From the NCBI GenBank assembly GCA_964571255.1, contig CAZNAA010000001.1:620666-684665 (forward strand): DNA of 64,000 nucleotides. Direction: 5' to 3'. Below the pieces are notes generated by a model. The model had not been told where the DNA came from, ran no database searches, and was given only the letters and a program-made list of their open reading frames with translations. This document shows, piece after piece, positions 1 to 9,401 of the stretch. A program made the position numbers and the translations under genes. Source of the stretch: an uncultured Gammaproteobacteria bacterium. GTDB lineage: Bacteria > Patescibacteriota > Microgenomatia > Levybacterales > UBA12049. Within the stretch, counting starts at the first letter, position 1. Every line of letters starts with the position of its first letter.

Positions 1-2524
1 ATTGGGCAACTTCAACGATAATTTTCTTAAGTGTTCCTGCTTCCAACTCATCCCCCTTCTTGCGATCAAGAATTTGGACAGAAACAACAGTTCCTCTCTC
101 TCCGTGAGGAATTCGAAGGGAAGTATCTCGTACTTCTCTCGCTTGTTCTCCGAAAATTGCCCGCAGGAGTCTTTCCTCAGCAGTTAGTTCTGTTTCTCCT
201 TTTGGTGCAATCTTTCCAACTAAAATATCTCCAGGTCCAACTTCAGATCCAACAACTACAATTCCTTCTGCATCAAGCATGGCAAGTTGTTCCTCAGCTA
301 CGTTTGGAATATCTTGAGTGATTTCTTCAGGTCCTAATTTCGTTTCAACAACTGTTGCTTCGTATTTTTCAACGTGGATACTGGATAACAAATCTTCTTG
401 AACCAACTTATCAGAAATGATAATAGCGTCCTCATACCCAAGTCCTTCAAAAGACATATACGCAATAAGAAGGTTTTGTCCAAGTGCTAATTCTCCATCT
501 TCACTGGCTGGTCCATCAACAAGGAGGTCTCCCATTTTTACAATTTGTCCTTCGTTCACTACTGCTCGTTGTGTATACGCTGTTGCAGCTGAGGTTCTCT
601 TAAAGACATTGATTCCTATTGTTGCTTTCTCTCCTTTTTGTCCCTCAAGCATTACTTTATTCGAATCAACAAAGACAACTTTTCCATCAAATGGAGATTT
701 AACAACTCGTCCCATGACTTCTGAAATAGTTGCTTCCATACCTGTTCCAACGGTTGGAGATTCTGGACGAACAAGAGGAACAGCTTGACACTGCATGTGA
801 GATCCCATCAGAGACCTGATCGCTTCATCGTGAGCAACGAAAGGAATAAGACTGGCACTACTTCCTACTACCTGACGAGGAGTAAGGTCAACATAAGTAA
901 TAAGAGCTTTATCTACTTCTAAAAAGTCTCCATTGTGACGGGCTGGAACTCTATCTTCCAAAATTTCTCCTTCTGCACTCATTGGAACTCCAGCATGAGT
1001 AATATATTGTCCTTCTTCATCATCAGCTGACATATAGACAAGTTCATCTGTTACTTTAACTACTGTTTTACTCCCTTTTTTCTCTGTTACTACTTTTTTA
1101 TAAGGAGTTTCTAAAAAGCCATAGTTATTAACCTTGGCATAAAGCGCCATATAGGTAACGAGTCCAATATTTGGTCCTTCAGGAGATCTAATAGGATCAA
1201 TTCTTCCGTATTGAGAAGAGTTAATATCACGAATAGAGAAAGCTGCACGCTCGCGACTTATTCCACCCGTTCCCATAACTGTTAAACGGTTTAGGTTATC
1301 AATTTCTGAAAGGGGATTCGTTTGGTCAAGAATAGTTGACAGTTGTGAGGTACGGAAGAATTCATTAATAGAAGCCATAATTGGACGTGCATTGATAAGA
1401 CTTGATACAACGACAGGAACATCAGCCTGAAGCAAACTCATTCTCTCTTTAACCGATCTTTCAATTCGAAGCATTCCAACTCGGAAAGCATTGGCTGAAA
1501 CGAGTTCTCCAACACTTCGAACACGGCGATTTGCCAAACTATCAATATCATCAACAAAGCCTTTGCCTTGATGAAGCATCATCAAATACCCAATCGTTGA
1601 AACCACGTCATCAATAGTAAGGATTTTTTCCTCAGTTGATTTAAAACCAGGAACTGCTTGAAGTTTTTTGTTTGTTTTATATCGTCCAACTTCTCCAAGA
1701 TCATATCGTCTGTTGTTGAAAAAGAGGTTTTGAATACTTTCTCGAACTTTATCAAGTACAATTGGTTCTCCTGGATGCATTTTCTTAAAGATTTCAATCA
1801 GTGCCTCAGTTTCACTCCCTGTCTCGTCTTTCTGAAGAGTATTCGCAACAAAGGTTTGCTCCGATCCTTCAATCTCTGCAAATTTTTCTTTAATAGAATC
1901 ATTTGATGAAAGACCAATAGCTCTGAGAAGTGTTGTTGCAAGGAATTTACGACGTCTGTCGATTTTAACGGTAATGGTATTGTATCTGGTTGTTGAGAAT
2001 TCAAGCCATGATCCATGAACTGGTCGAATTTCAGCAGTATAGAGCGTTTTTCCTGTAGCTGGATCTTGTACTGCAGTAAAGAATACTCCAGGTGAACGGA
2101 CAAGTTGATTAACCACTGCTCTTTCAATTCCATTGACAATAAAGGTTCCTCTATCTGTCATTTGAGGAATATCGCCCAAGAAAACTTCTGCATTGATTTT
2201 GGATTCTGTTTTTTTATTGGTAAGGCTTGCTTGAACATAGAGGGGGGCATCAAAGGTAAGACCTTTATTTAAGGCTTCTTCAGGAGTAAGCTCTGCCTCT
2301 CCCATACGGTATTCACCAAGCTCTAAACTCCAGTTTTTGCCAGTAAAATCCTCAATAGGAGTAACTTCTTGGAGAATTTCGCGGATTCCTTCTCTGAGGA
2401 ACCATTTATAGGAGGCTTTTTGCGTTGCTAAAAGATCGATTTGAGGAAGATCTGTATATGTCTTACCCCAGTCGTAACGAATAATATGATCTGTATTGTT
2501 AGTTGTGCCTGTCTTTTTAGCCAT
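1..2524 (-). CDS. rpoB: DNA-directed RNA polymerase subunit beta (3' part runs off the left edge)
   Basis: ATG at 2524 gives MAKKTGTTNNTDHIIRYDWGKTYTDLPQIDLLATQKASYKWF. Internal motifs FIVNGIERAVVNQLVRSPG, SPEGPNIGL and LMGSHMQCQAVPL. The frame at the window edge (KGDELEAGTLKKIIVEVAQ) matches the start frame. It is missing from the ORF track only because there is no stop inside the window. Confidence 0.97.
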   Translation of the reverse strand, partial: MAKKTGTTNNTDHIIRYDWGKTYTDLPQIDLLATQKASYKWFLREGIREILQEVTPIEDFTGKNWSLELGEYRMGEAELTPEEALNKGLTFDAPLYVQASLTNKKTESKINAEVFLGDIPQMTDRGTFIVNGIERAVVNQLVRSPGVFFTAVQDPATGKTLYTAEIRPVHGSWLEFSTTRYNTITVKIDRRRKFLATTLLRAIGLSSNDSIKEKFAEIEGSEQTFVANTLQKDETGSETEALIEIFKKMHPGEPIVLDKVRESIQNLFFNNRRYDLGEVGRYKTNKKLQAVPGFKSTEEKILTIDDVVSTIGYLMMLHQGKGFVDDIDSLANRRVRSVGELVSANAFRVGMLRIERSVKERMSLLQADVPVVVSSLINARPIMASINEFFRTSQLSTILDQTNPLSEIDNLNRLTVMGTGGISRERAAFSIRDINSSQYGRIDPIRSPEGPNIGLVTYMALYAKVNNYGFLETPYKKVVTEKKGSKTVVKVTDELVYMSADDEEGQYITHAGVPMSAEGEILEDRVPARHNGDFLEVDKALITYVDLTPRQVVGSSASLIPFVAHDEAIRSLMGSHMQCQAVPLVRPESPTVGTGMEATISEVMGRVVKSPFDGKVVFVDSNKVMLEGQKGEKATIGINVFKRTSAATAYTQRAVVNEGQIVKMGDLLVDGPASEDGELALGQNLLIAYMSFEGLGYEDAIIISDKLVQEDLLSSIHVEKYEATVVETKLGPEEITQDIPNVAEEQLAMLDAEGIVVVGSEVGPGDILVGKIAPKGETELTAEERLLRAIFGEQAREVRDTSLRIPHGERGTVVSVQILDRKKGDELEAGTLKKIIVEVAQ

Positions 2525-2562
2525 GAGAAGGTAGGTTTTTGAGCAGATCCCCCTAAATACAC

Positions 2563-2651
2563 AAAAAGGTAAGGGAAAGAGAAGATCTCCCTTACTTATC
2601 TTGAAATTAAAGGTAAATATATGTATACCACACCAAGTAATTCCCTGTCAA
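2563..2651 (-). promoter_or_regulatory. rpoB promoter followed by a terminator-like leader hairpin
   Basis: TTGACA (2651-2646), 18 nt, TGG-TATACA (2627-2622). Then a GTAAGGGA/TCCCTTAC stem (2595-2569) followed by CTTTTTG. Confidence 0.55.
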
Positions 2652-2661
2652 TAGGCAAGGG

Positions 2662-3153
2662 TTACTGGCGGTATTTAGCAGGAAGCTTAGAAGGACGAGA
2701 AATTCGCTTCGCTCGTGGCTCAAGGACTCGTTGTGCAATAAGCCTTCTGATAAATTCTGTGGTTAAATAAATATCTAACCCTATATCTGCACTTATTTGT
2801 TCGATAGGCCAATTTAAATCTCTTAGTTCAATAATTCGTCCATTCCATTTTTTGAACAGGTTTTCACTTTCTCCTCGAGTAAGGTATTTTCTTCGAGGGG
2901 TTGTTTCTGGCTTCCTATTTATACCTTTCTGACGATGAAGTCTTTCTACTTCAGTTTCCACAACCTCAAACGGTAGAGAAAGAATTTTTGCAATCTCCCC
3001 AGCAGTTTGTCCAAACGATAGATATGTTGGTATATCTCTAATGATTCCATCGCGTCTGATACGTTCATAAGGAGAAAGATTCCTACTAGTACGTGGAAGA
3101 GCATAGAGAAACTTCGAATCCCCCCCAAAATTACTTAATTCTTGCTCTGACAT
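2662..3153 (-). CDS. tandem helix-turn-helix protein, paralog 1
   Basis: Two HTH-like segments (GQTAGEIAKILSLPFEVV; NWPIEQISADIGLDIYLT) and a basic C-terminus. Aligns by eye with the two neighbouring genes. Confidence 0.75.
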   Translation of the reverse strand: MSEQELSNFGGDSKFLYALPRTSRNLSPYERIRRDGIIRDIPTYLSFGQTAGEIAKILSLPFEVVETEVERLHRQKGINRKPETTPRRKYLTRGESENLFKKWNGRIIELRDLNWPIEQISADIGLDIYLTTEFIRRLIAQRVLEPRAKRISRPSKLPAKYRQ

Positions 3154-3186
3154 AAGAGCAGTATTATATCATTTATTTCGCCCCAG

Positions 3187-3600
3187 CTATCTTTGGCCAC
3201 TTACTTTTCCACTGAGCTGTCTGATTTCGCCTTCTGATATCAATATTCTAATTAACCTTTTAGTCATACTACGACTCAAACCTGTAGCTAGAGAAATCTG
3301 GTAAACAGTCTTTCTTTCATTTCTAAGCGCAATCATTCGAGCTCTATGTTTTTTAAGCAACTTTTTTATAGGAGGTTCTGCTATTTCTTTCAGATATTGC
3401 TCCACCTCTTTAATAGGAAGCGTGAGAAGCAGTGCTATTTACTTAACTGAGACACCGCTATCATCAAGGGTCGTTATGTATGTTCGTGCTACTTTTCTTC
3501 TGCTTATCTCATCCGCAGCAGTATAGATTACTTGAGTTGGTAAAATAGGGTAATCTTTAGGATTTGGATCTCTGGCTCTTTCGCACTTAAATTTGGTCAT
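3187..3600 (-). pseudogene. tandem HTH paralog 2 with an in-frame TAA at codon 54
   Basis: ATG 3600 is in frame with the 72-aa ORF. It reads ...YITTLDDSGVSVK*IALLLTLPIKEVEQYL..., with TAA at 3441-3439 in the position where the paralogs have E or A (TAGEIAKIL, TDEAIARTL). Confidence 0.7.
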
Positions 3601-3637
3601 GGGTGTAGTTTGGATTATTTACTCTAAGCTAAAATAA

Positions 3638-4156
3638 TTACTGTTTACCTCTATATTTTATGGGTCGTTTAGAACGGCCATTATAAACTTGTCTTTTTCT
3701 ACGAGCGATTTCTCCTTCTTCTAATAATTTAGCTAACAGTAAATGAATAGATGACATGTCTAATCCTGTATCCTCACAGATTGCTTGAGCAGTCCATTCT
3801 TTATCTCTTAACTCAATTAGTCTTACTCTGAAGCGATCTAACAATGCTTTAGTCATTTCTGGAGATATAGGGGCTCTATGTCTCACTTCTTTTGGTCTTA
3901 GATTGTTAATACTAATATACTGAGATACTAATGCAACTGGGAGGGAAAGTGTTCTAGCAATAGCTTCATCTGTTAAGCCATTACTGACGTGAAGAGGGAT
4001 TTTTTCTTTCATCAGCTCTCGACGAGCCCGCTCATCAGGAGTTACCTCTCTTCGAGTAGGACGTCGGGGAGTTTGTCTATAGAAAGAACCTCCAGTAAGT
4101 TCTGCACTCATTTTTTTTTGAAAATCATCACCAGACCCTTCCCCCTCTTTAATCAT
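3638..4156 (-). CDS. tandem helix-turn-helix protein, paralog 3
   Basis: GLTDEAIARTLSLPVALV and EWTAQAICEDTGLDMSSI. Shares RxIELRDxxW with paralog 1. TATAAT lies 7 nt upstream of ATG 4156. Confidence 0.75.
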   Translation of the reverse strand: MIKEGEGSGDDFQKKMSAELTGGSFYRQTPRRPTRREVTPDERARRELMKEKIPLHVSNGLTDEAIARTLSLPVALVSQYISINNLRPKEVRHRAPISPEMTKALLDRFRVRLIELRDKEWTAQAICEDTGLDMSSIHLLLAKLLEEGEIARRKRQVYNGRSKRPIKYRGKQ

Positions 4157-4211
4157 GTGCACTATTATACACCTCTTTCAGCTTCGATTAACTTCCTGCT
4201 ATAATACGCCT

Positions 4212-6113
4212 ATGTTAACTGCAGCTGAAATTATTCAAAGATATATTACCTTTTTTGAAAAAAGAGGACATAAGAGGATTGCAAATGCTCCACTTGTTCC
4301 CCAGAATGATCCCACTACTCTTTTTACCTCAAGTGGAATGCAACCTCTTGTCCCGTATCTTTTAGGAGAAGTGCATCCCCAAGGGACAAGACTGGTTAAT
4401 GCTCAGAACTCCTTTAGAGCAAATGACTTTGATGAGATAGGTGATAACAGACATACCACTTTTTTTAGAATGCTAGGCAACTGGAGCCTAGGAGACTATT
4501 TCAAACAAGAACAAATTCCCTGGTTTTTAGAATTTCTTACTCATAAAGCTGAAGGATTAGGCCTTGATCCTAAAAACATCTATGTAACTGTTTTTTCAGG
4601 AGACAGCGCAAATAATATTCCCAAAGACACCGAATCTGCTGAGATTTGGAAAAAGTTGTTTCAAGAATCAGGAATAGAAGCAAAAGAAGTAGAACTTATT
4701 ACTGAAGAAGAGGGAGCAAAAAAGGGAATGCAAGGTGGAAAGATCTTTTACTACAACGCGAAAAAGAACTGGTGGTCAAGAAGTGGGACACCTGAAAATA
4801 TGCCAGCAGGAGAACCAGGTGGACCAGATACGGAAATGTTTTATGATTTTGGAACTCCCCATGATCCATCTTATGGAGAAAACTGTCATCCAAACTGTGA
4901 CTGTGGCCGGTTTATTGAACTAGGTAACTCTGTTTTCATGCAATATATTAAAAATGCTGACGGAACGTTTTCTCTTCTTCCTAAACAAAATGTCGACTAC
5001 GGAGGAGGACTGGAAAGAATTCACGCTGCAGTTAACAATGTGGCAGATGTCTATCGCACAAACCTTTTCTATCCAATCATTCAAACAATAGAAACACTTT
5101 CTGGCACAACCTATGAAAAAAATCCAAAAGACATGAGAATGATTGTTGGTCATTTGAGTGCAGCCTGTTTTATTATTAATGCTGGTATCTCCCCTTCCAA
5201 TACAGATCAGGGATATATCCTTCGCCGCTCTATTAGACGAGCAATGGATAGTACTCACTCTCTTCACTTAATAGATATTGAGCCTATTATTCAAACACTT
5301 GTTGATCAGTACCAAGAGACTGACCCAGAGTTAGTTGAGAACTTTGAAGTAATTAAAAATACCATTCTTGAAGAAAGTACAACATATAATAAAGCGCTTG
5401 ACTCTGCTAAGAAAAGTATTGAGAAAGAGATTAAAGAGAAAGGCATAAAAATAGGAGACGAACTCATGGGACTTACAGAAATCCCAGCAGAACTCGCTTT
5501 CAAATCCACTGCCTCATACGGCCTTGGCCCAACTCAGTTGAAAAGTCTTGGATACATTTTTGATGAACAAGCTTTTGCAGAGGAGATGAAAAAACATCAA
5601 GAGGTATCCAGGGCTGGAGCTGAGCGCAAATTCAAAGGAGGATTAGCAGATCATGAGGAAAAAACGATTCATGGACATACGGCAACACATTTGCTTCATA
5701 AATCTCTTCGAGACGTATTGGGAACACAAGTTCACCAAACAGGATCAAATATTACAACTGAGCGAGTCCGGTTTGACTTTAGTCACACCGATAAACTAAG
5801 CGATGAACAGCTAAAAACTGTTGAAGATACAGTCAATGAAAAGATCAAAGAAAACTTACCAGTCCATTTTGAGATTATTCCAACTAAAAAAGCCTATGAA
5901 TTAGGTGCTATTGGCTTATTTATGGATACATACGGAGATAGTTCTAAAATTTATTTCATCGGAGATACGTCAGAATCCTACACAAATGCCTATTCTATTG
6001 AATTTTGTGGAGGACCACACGTCGATTTTACAGGAGAGTTAAAATCCTTTAAGATAATAAAGCAGGAGAACCTTGGAAAAAATCAAAGAAGGATCTATGC
6101 TGTTGTTGGATAG
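4212..6113 (+). CDS. alaS: alanine--tRNA ligase lacking the C-Ala domain
   Basis: DPTTLFTSSGMQP, HTTFFRMLGNWSLGDYFK, editing motifs HTATHLLH and EFCGGPHV. Ends right after the editing domain. TGCTATAAT lies 6 nt before ATG 4212. Confidence 0.96.
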   Translation: MLTAAEIIQRYITFFEKRGHKRIANAPLVPQNDPTTLFTSSGMQPLVPYLLGEVHPQGTRLVNAQNSFRANDFDEIGDNRHTTFFRMLGNWSLGDYFKQEQIPWFLEFLTHKAEGLGLDPKNIYVTVFSGDSANNIPKDTESAEIWKKLFQESGIEAKEVELITEEEGAKKGMQGGKIFYYNAKKNWWSRSGTPENMPAGEPGGPDTEMFYDFGTPHDPSYGENCHPNCDCGRFIELGNSVFMQYIKNADGTFSLLPKQNVDYGGGLERIHAAVNNVADVYRTNLFYPIIQTIETLSGTTYEKNPKDMRMIVGHLSAACFIINAGISPSNTDQGYILRRSIRRAMDSTHSLHLIDIEPIIQTLVDQYQETDPELVENFEVIKNTILEESTTYNKALDSAKKSIEKEIKEKGIKIGDELMGLTEIPAELAFKSTASYGLGPTQLKSLGYIFDEQAFAEEMKKHQEVSRAGAERKFKGGLADHEEKTIHGHTATHLLHKSLRDVLGTQVHQTGSNITTERVRFDFSHTDKLSDEQLKTVEDTVNEKIKENLPVHFEIIPTKKAYELGAIGLFMDTYGDSSKIYFIGDTSESYTNAYSIEFCGGPHVDFTGELKSFKIIKQENLGKNQRRIYAVVG

Positions 6114-6122
6114 AAGTGCACT

Positions 6123-8495
6123 ATGAAACTGCCTATATCGTTTCCATTTGGGAAAAAAGAGCCACAAAAGGACTATTACCTAGTTCTTCTTCTCCGTGAT
6201 GAAAAAGTCAGTGCTGTTATTTTAGAGGAACAAGAGGCTCAAATCACGGTTAAAAACCTCTCGGAAGAGTCATTACAAACCCCTCTTTCTAAATTAGAAC
6301 TTGAAACCTTTACACAACTTCTCGATAGAACTATTAGTAAAGCTGAAGAACTCCTTCCTCCTAATGTTCAAACAGAAAAAACCATTTTTGGCGTAAAAGA
6401 CAACTGGGTTGAGGAGAAAAAGATTAAAAAAGAGCACTTAGATGTCCTTAAACAAATTGGTAATACCTTAGGATTAAAACCTATTGGCTTTTTAGTCATT
6501 AGTGAAGCTATTGCCCATCAAGTTCAAGAAGAAGAAGGAGCACCTCTTTCTGGACTCGTTGTGGAATTGGGAACTTTCTCGGCAACCATCACTCTTTTTA
6601 AAGGTGGGAGGCTTATTGAAACTCACACAGGAGAGAAGTTAGAAACGCATACCCAAACAGTTGACACGCTGCTTAAGCATTTTAGTGAAGCTGACGTCTT
6701 TCCTTCCCGCCTTCTCATCTTAAATACAGGAGACTCTCCTAACTTGGAACAAGAATTCCTGTCTCACCAATGGAGTAAAAGTATTCCATTCCTTCATATG
6801 CCTCAAATCTCTATTCTTGACTCTCATTTTGACGCAATTTCTGCAGTATATGGAGCTTCCTCTCAAATGGGCTTTAAAGTATTGAGTACAGAACTTACCA
6901 AACAAGCTATTAATATCATCCCTCTCTCTCCAATTGCACTAGAGGATAAAGAAACAGAGGAAAAAAAGGATGATAAAGAAGCAGAGAAATCTGAAACAAA
7001 AGAAGAAAAAGAAGATACTGACGGAAAAGAAAATAAAAAAGATGATGATGAAAAGAAACACGACGAGAAGGAATCAGAAAAAGAACTTCTTAAAGCAAAT
7101 CCCGATAACTTTGGTTTTGTCTCAGAAGAGGACATTGCCTCAACGATTCCTCTTGCTACTCCCACTCCCACTCCCACTCCTGCTTCTTTAGTTGCAATGG
7201 AGAGTGAAAAAGAAGAAGATGAAAGAGAAGAAGAAGAGACAGAAAACACATCACCTTCTCGCCTCTCTCAAAGAAGGAATTTTTCAACTATGTTATCTTT
7301 TTTACCTAAAGGACTTTCTCTTCCTCACCTCTCACTAGGAGCACTCTCTGGAGGAAGAGTTCCCAAAATGGGAATGATTGCTGGAATTGCACTCATTGTC
7401 CTCCTTATTCTTATCCCCTTTCTTTATAAATCCTTTGCTAAAGTAACTATCACCCTTTCTGTGAAAGAAAAATCTTTCTCAGACGAAACAACTGTTACCT
7501 TTGCAGTGGATGAGGAAAATAGTTTTACTGATAATGTTATTGGCGCCAAAACGGTGAGTGTCACGATTGAAGGAGAAGACAGTGCTGAGGCTACAGGGAA
7601 AAAGGATATTGGAGAAAAAGCTAAAGGAGCAGTTACTCTGTATAACAACGGAGACTCTCCACGAACCATTGCTTCAGGAACGGTGCTTAAGGCAAGTAAC
7701 AATGTTGAATTTACTCTAGATAAAGAAGTAACCATTGCCTCAGCCTCAGGAGACATTTTTAGCGGAACAAAGCCGGGAACTTCACAAGGTGCTGTGACGG
7801 CTAAAACCTTAGGACCTGAAGGAAATCTTCCTTCAAATACGAAATTCACTATCGGAGGAAGTAGTGTCTTGGCTGCTAAAAACGATACTGCTTTTTCTGG
7901 AGGAAATAAAAAATCCTTAACAGTTGTGAGCAAAACTGATCGAGACAAATTGCAACTGCAACTTCCTAAAAAACTCGGTGATAAAGCGAAAGAAGAGATT
8001 ACTGCCAAGATATCAAATGACGAAATACTTCTTCCATTTGATTTAGAAACCTCTTTTGATAAAAAAGAATTTGACCGAGCAGTCGATGAAGAAGCAAAAA
8101 GAGTAACTCTTAAAGGAACTATCACCTTTACCGGTGTTATTTATAACAAAGAAGATATAAAACAATATACGCTTGAAAAGGTCAAAGAAAAAACATCAAA
8201 TGATATTTCACTTGCCGAGAATAAACTAACTCAGGAACTATCTGGAATGAAGAGAGATGGGGACGAAATTAGTGCTAAACTTTCTATAAAAGCAGGTCTT
8301 TTGCCTTCCCTTGATACACAAAAACTCCAACAAACTGTTAAAGGAAAAGGAGTAGAGGAAGCACTTACTTCTCTTCGTTCTCTTCCGCAAACTGAAAAAG
8401 TCGAAATCGCTTTCAAACCATCTCTTCCTTTACTCAACGGCTCACTTCCCTCTAAAGAAGGAAATATCACATTTGTGATTAATTCCTATGAATAA
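6123..8495 (+). CDS. bitopic membrane protein: FtsA/PilM-like N-terminus, acidic linker, TM helix, baseplate-J-like extracellular domain
   Basis: N-terminal LVVELG..SATITLFKGGRL resembles an actin-fold segment. E/K/D-rich linker and one TM (MIAGIALIVLLILIPFLY). C-terminal ATGKK..GEKAKGAVTLYN...A...GPEGNLP...N..AFSGG pattern recalled from CPR baseplate-J-like proteins. Confidence 0.6.
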   Translation: MKLPISFPFGKKEPQKDYYLVLLLRDEKVSAVILEEQEAQITVKNLSEESLQTPLSKLELETFTQLLDRTISKAEELLPPNVQTEKTIFGVKDNWVEEKKIKKEHLDVLKQIGNTLGLKPIGFLVISEAIAHQVQEEEGAPLSGLVVELGTFSATITLFKGGRLIETHTGEKLETHTQTVDTLLKHFSEADVFPSRLLILNTGDSPNLEQEFLSHQWSKSIPFLHMPQISILDSHFDAISAVYGASSQMGFKVLSTELTKQAINIIPLSPIALEDKETEEKKDDKEAEKSETKEEKEDTDGKENKKDDDEKKHDEKESEKELLKANPDNFGFVSEEDIASTIPLATPTPTPTPASLVAMESEKEEDEREEEETENTSPSRLSQRRNFSTMLSFLPKGLSLPHLSLGALSGGRVPKMGMIAGIALIVLLILIPFLYKSFAKVTITLSVKEKSFSDETTVTFAVDEENSFTDNVIGAKTVSVTIEGEDSAEATGKKDIGEKAKGAVTLYNNGDSPRTIASGTVLKASNNVEFTLDKEVTIASASGDIFSGTKPGTSQGAVTAKTLGPEGNLPSNTKFTIGGSSVLAAKNDTAFSGGNKKSLTVVSKTDRDKLQLQLPKKLGDKAKEEITAKISNDEILLPFDLETSFDKKEFDRAVDEEAKRVTLKGTITFTGVIYNKEDIKQYTLEKVKEKTSNDISLAENKLTQELSGMKRDGDEISAKLSIKAGLLPSLDTQKLQQTVKGKGVEEALTSLRSLPQTEKVEIAFKPSLPLLNGSLPSKEGNITFVINSYE

Positions 8496-9210
8496 AACCT
8501 ATTACAAACAATCCCCTCGGATCAATAAACGGGTTCTGTTTCGTTTTTGTGGAATCTGTTTATGCTTACTTGGCGTTGTGGTAACAGGATATCTTTTTTT
8601 TCCCGTTATTTCCTGGAAGCTATACTTAGAACCAGCTTTTGCTTCTCAACAAATCACAAGTCCTGTTCCTCAAACAAACTTAGTAACGGCCAGTACCTGG
8701 CAAAGTCTTTTACAGTCAAATCAAATTGGAATAAACTTTAACGACCCAAAAAACTGGTTTCCAACTGCGTCTTTTGGCTCAAGTACCAAATCAAGTGTTG
8801 CCGAATACACTATTTCAATCCCAAAAATTAACATTTCCCAAGCGAGTGTCTCAACAATAGATGTGGATTTAGACAGGCATCTTATTAATTACCAAGGCAC
8901 CGCAACTCCTCCAAATAAAGGAAATGCTGTCATATTTGGCCACTCTACTCTCCCTCAGCTCTATAACCCCAAAGATTACAAGACTATTTTTGCTAACGCT
9001 CATACCTTAAAAAATGGAGACACGATTACCGTTCATTTAGACAAGATTGACTATACCTATAAGATTTTCTCTATCACCGTTGTTAGTCCTGAAGATACTT
9101 CCGCTTTAACTCAGAATTTTGATGATAGTTACCTAACGATTATTACCTGTACTCCTCCAGGAACGATTTGGAAGAGACTCATTATTAAATCAAAACTGGA
9201 AAAAATCTAA
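8488..9210 (+). CDS. sortase
   Basis: N-terminal TM, GNAVIFGHS, LTIITCTPPG and a downstream R (His/Cys/Arg triad). Confidence 0.92.
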   Translation: MNKTYYKQSPRINKRVLFRFCGICLCLLGVVVTGYLFFPVISWKLYLEPAFASQQITSPVPQTNLVTASTWQSLLQSNQIGINFNDPKNWFPTASFGSSTKSSVAEYTISIPKINISQASVSTIDVDLDRHLINYQGTATPPNKGNAVIFGHSTLPQLYNPKDYKTIFANAHTLKNGDTITVHLDKIDYTYKIFSITVVSPEDTSALTQNFDDSYLTIITCTPPGTIWKRLIIKSKLEKI

Positions 9211-9251
9211 CCCTTCCCCACTTCTATCCTATTCCAGTATACTAAGGAGGT

Positions 9252-9401
9252 ATGGAAGGATTTTCTGCTCGAGCCTTTAGCTATTTAAAACAAATTTGGC
9301 CAACCATCTATCGAGGCATCAACTCTTTTTTCTACCTTTTCTTGTCATTTATGAAAAAAAGTGTTTCTCTTATGATTAGTCAAATGAAGGGAGGAGTGTA
9401 A
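9252..9401 (+). CDS. small 49-aa amphipathic protein, not in the ORF track
   Basis: MEGFSARAFSYLKQIWPTIYRGINSFFYLFLSFMKKSVSLMISQMKGGV. TATACT lies 8 nt upstream and the stop overlaps the next start (TAATG). Confidence 0.6.
   Translation: MEGFSARAFSYLKQIWPTIYRGINSFFYLFLSFMKKSVSLMISQMKGGV

Noticed and set aside
1-2524. Short ORFs in the track and apparent absence of a long gene (possible rpoB frameshift)
   Set aside because: The rpoB start frame matches the frame at the window edge. The gene is unlisted only because it has no stop in the window, and the short ORFs are shadows of it.
3439-3441. Stop-codon recoding or an alternative genetic code
   Set aside because: TAA, TAG and TGA all end conserved genes normally in this window. 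A single nonsense change is the simpler explanation.
4212-6113. AlaRS truncation as a pseudogene
   Set aside because: Catalytic and editing motifs are intact and the next gene starts 9 nt later. Loss of C-Ala fits genome streamlining.
7158-7181. ACTCCC tandem repeats (also near 51000-51050)
   Set aside because: They encode ordinary Pro-Thr linkers in frame. They are not CRISPR repeats or phase-variation tracts.
6863-8470. Long antisense ORFs (128-233 aa) and similar ones opposite ftsK, pnp, nusA, dnaK and lysS
   Set aside because: They are Ser/Phe/Leu-rich mirror frames of well-supported genes and have no motifs.
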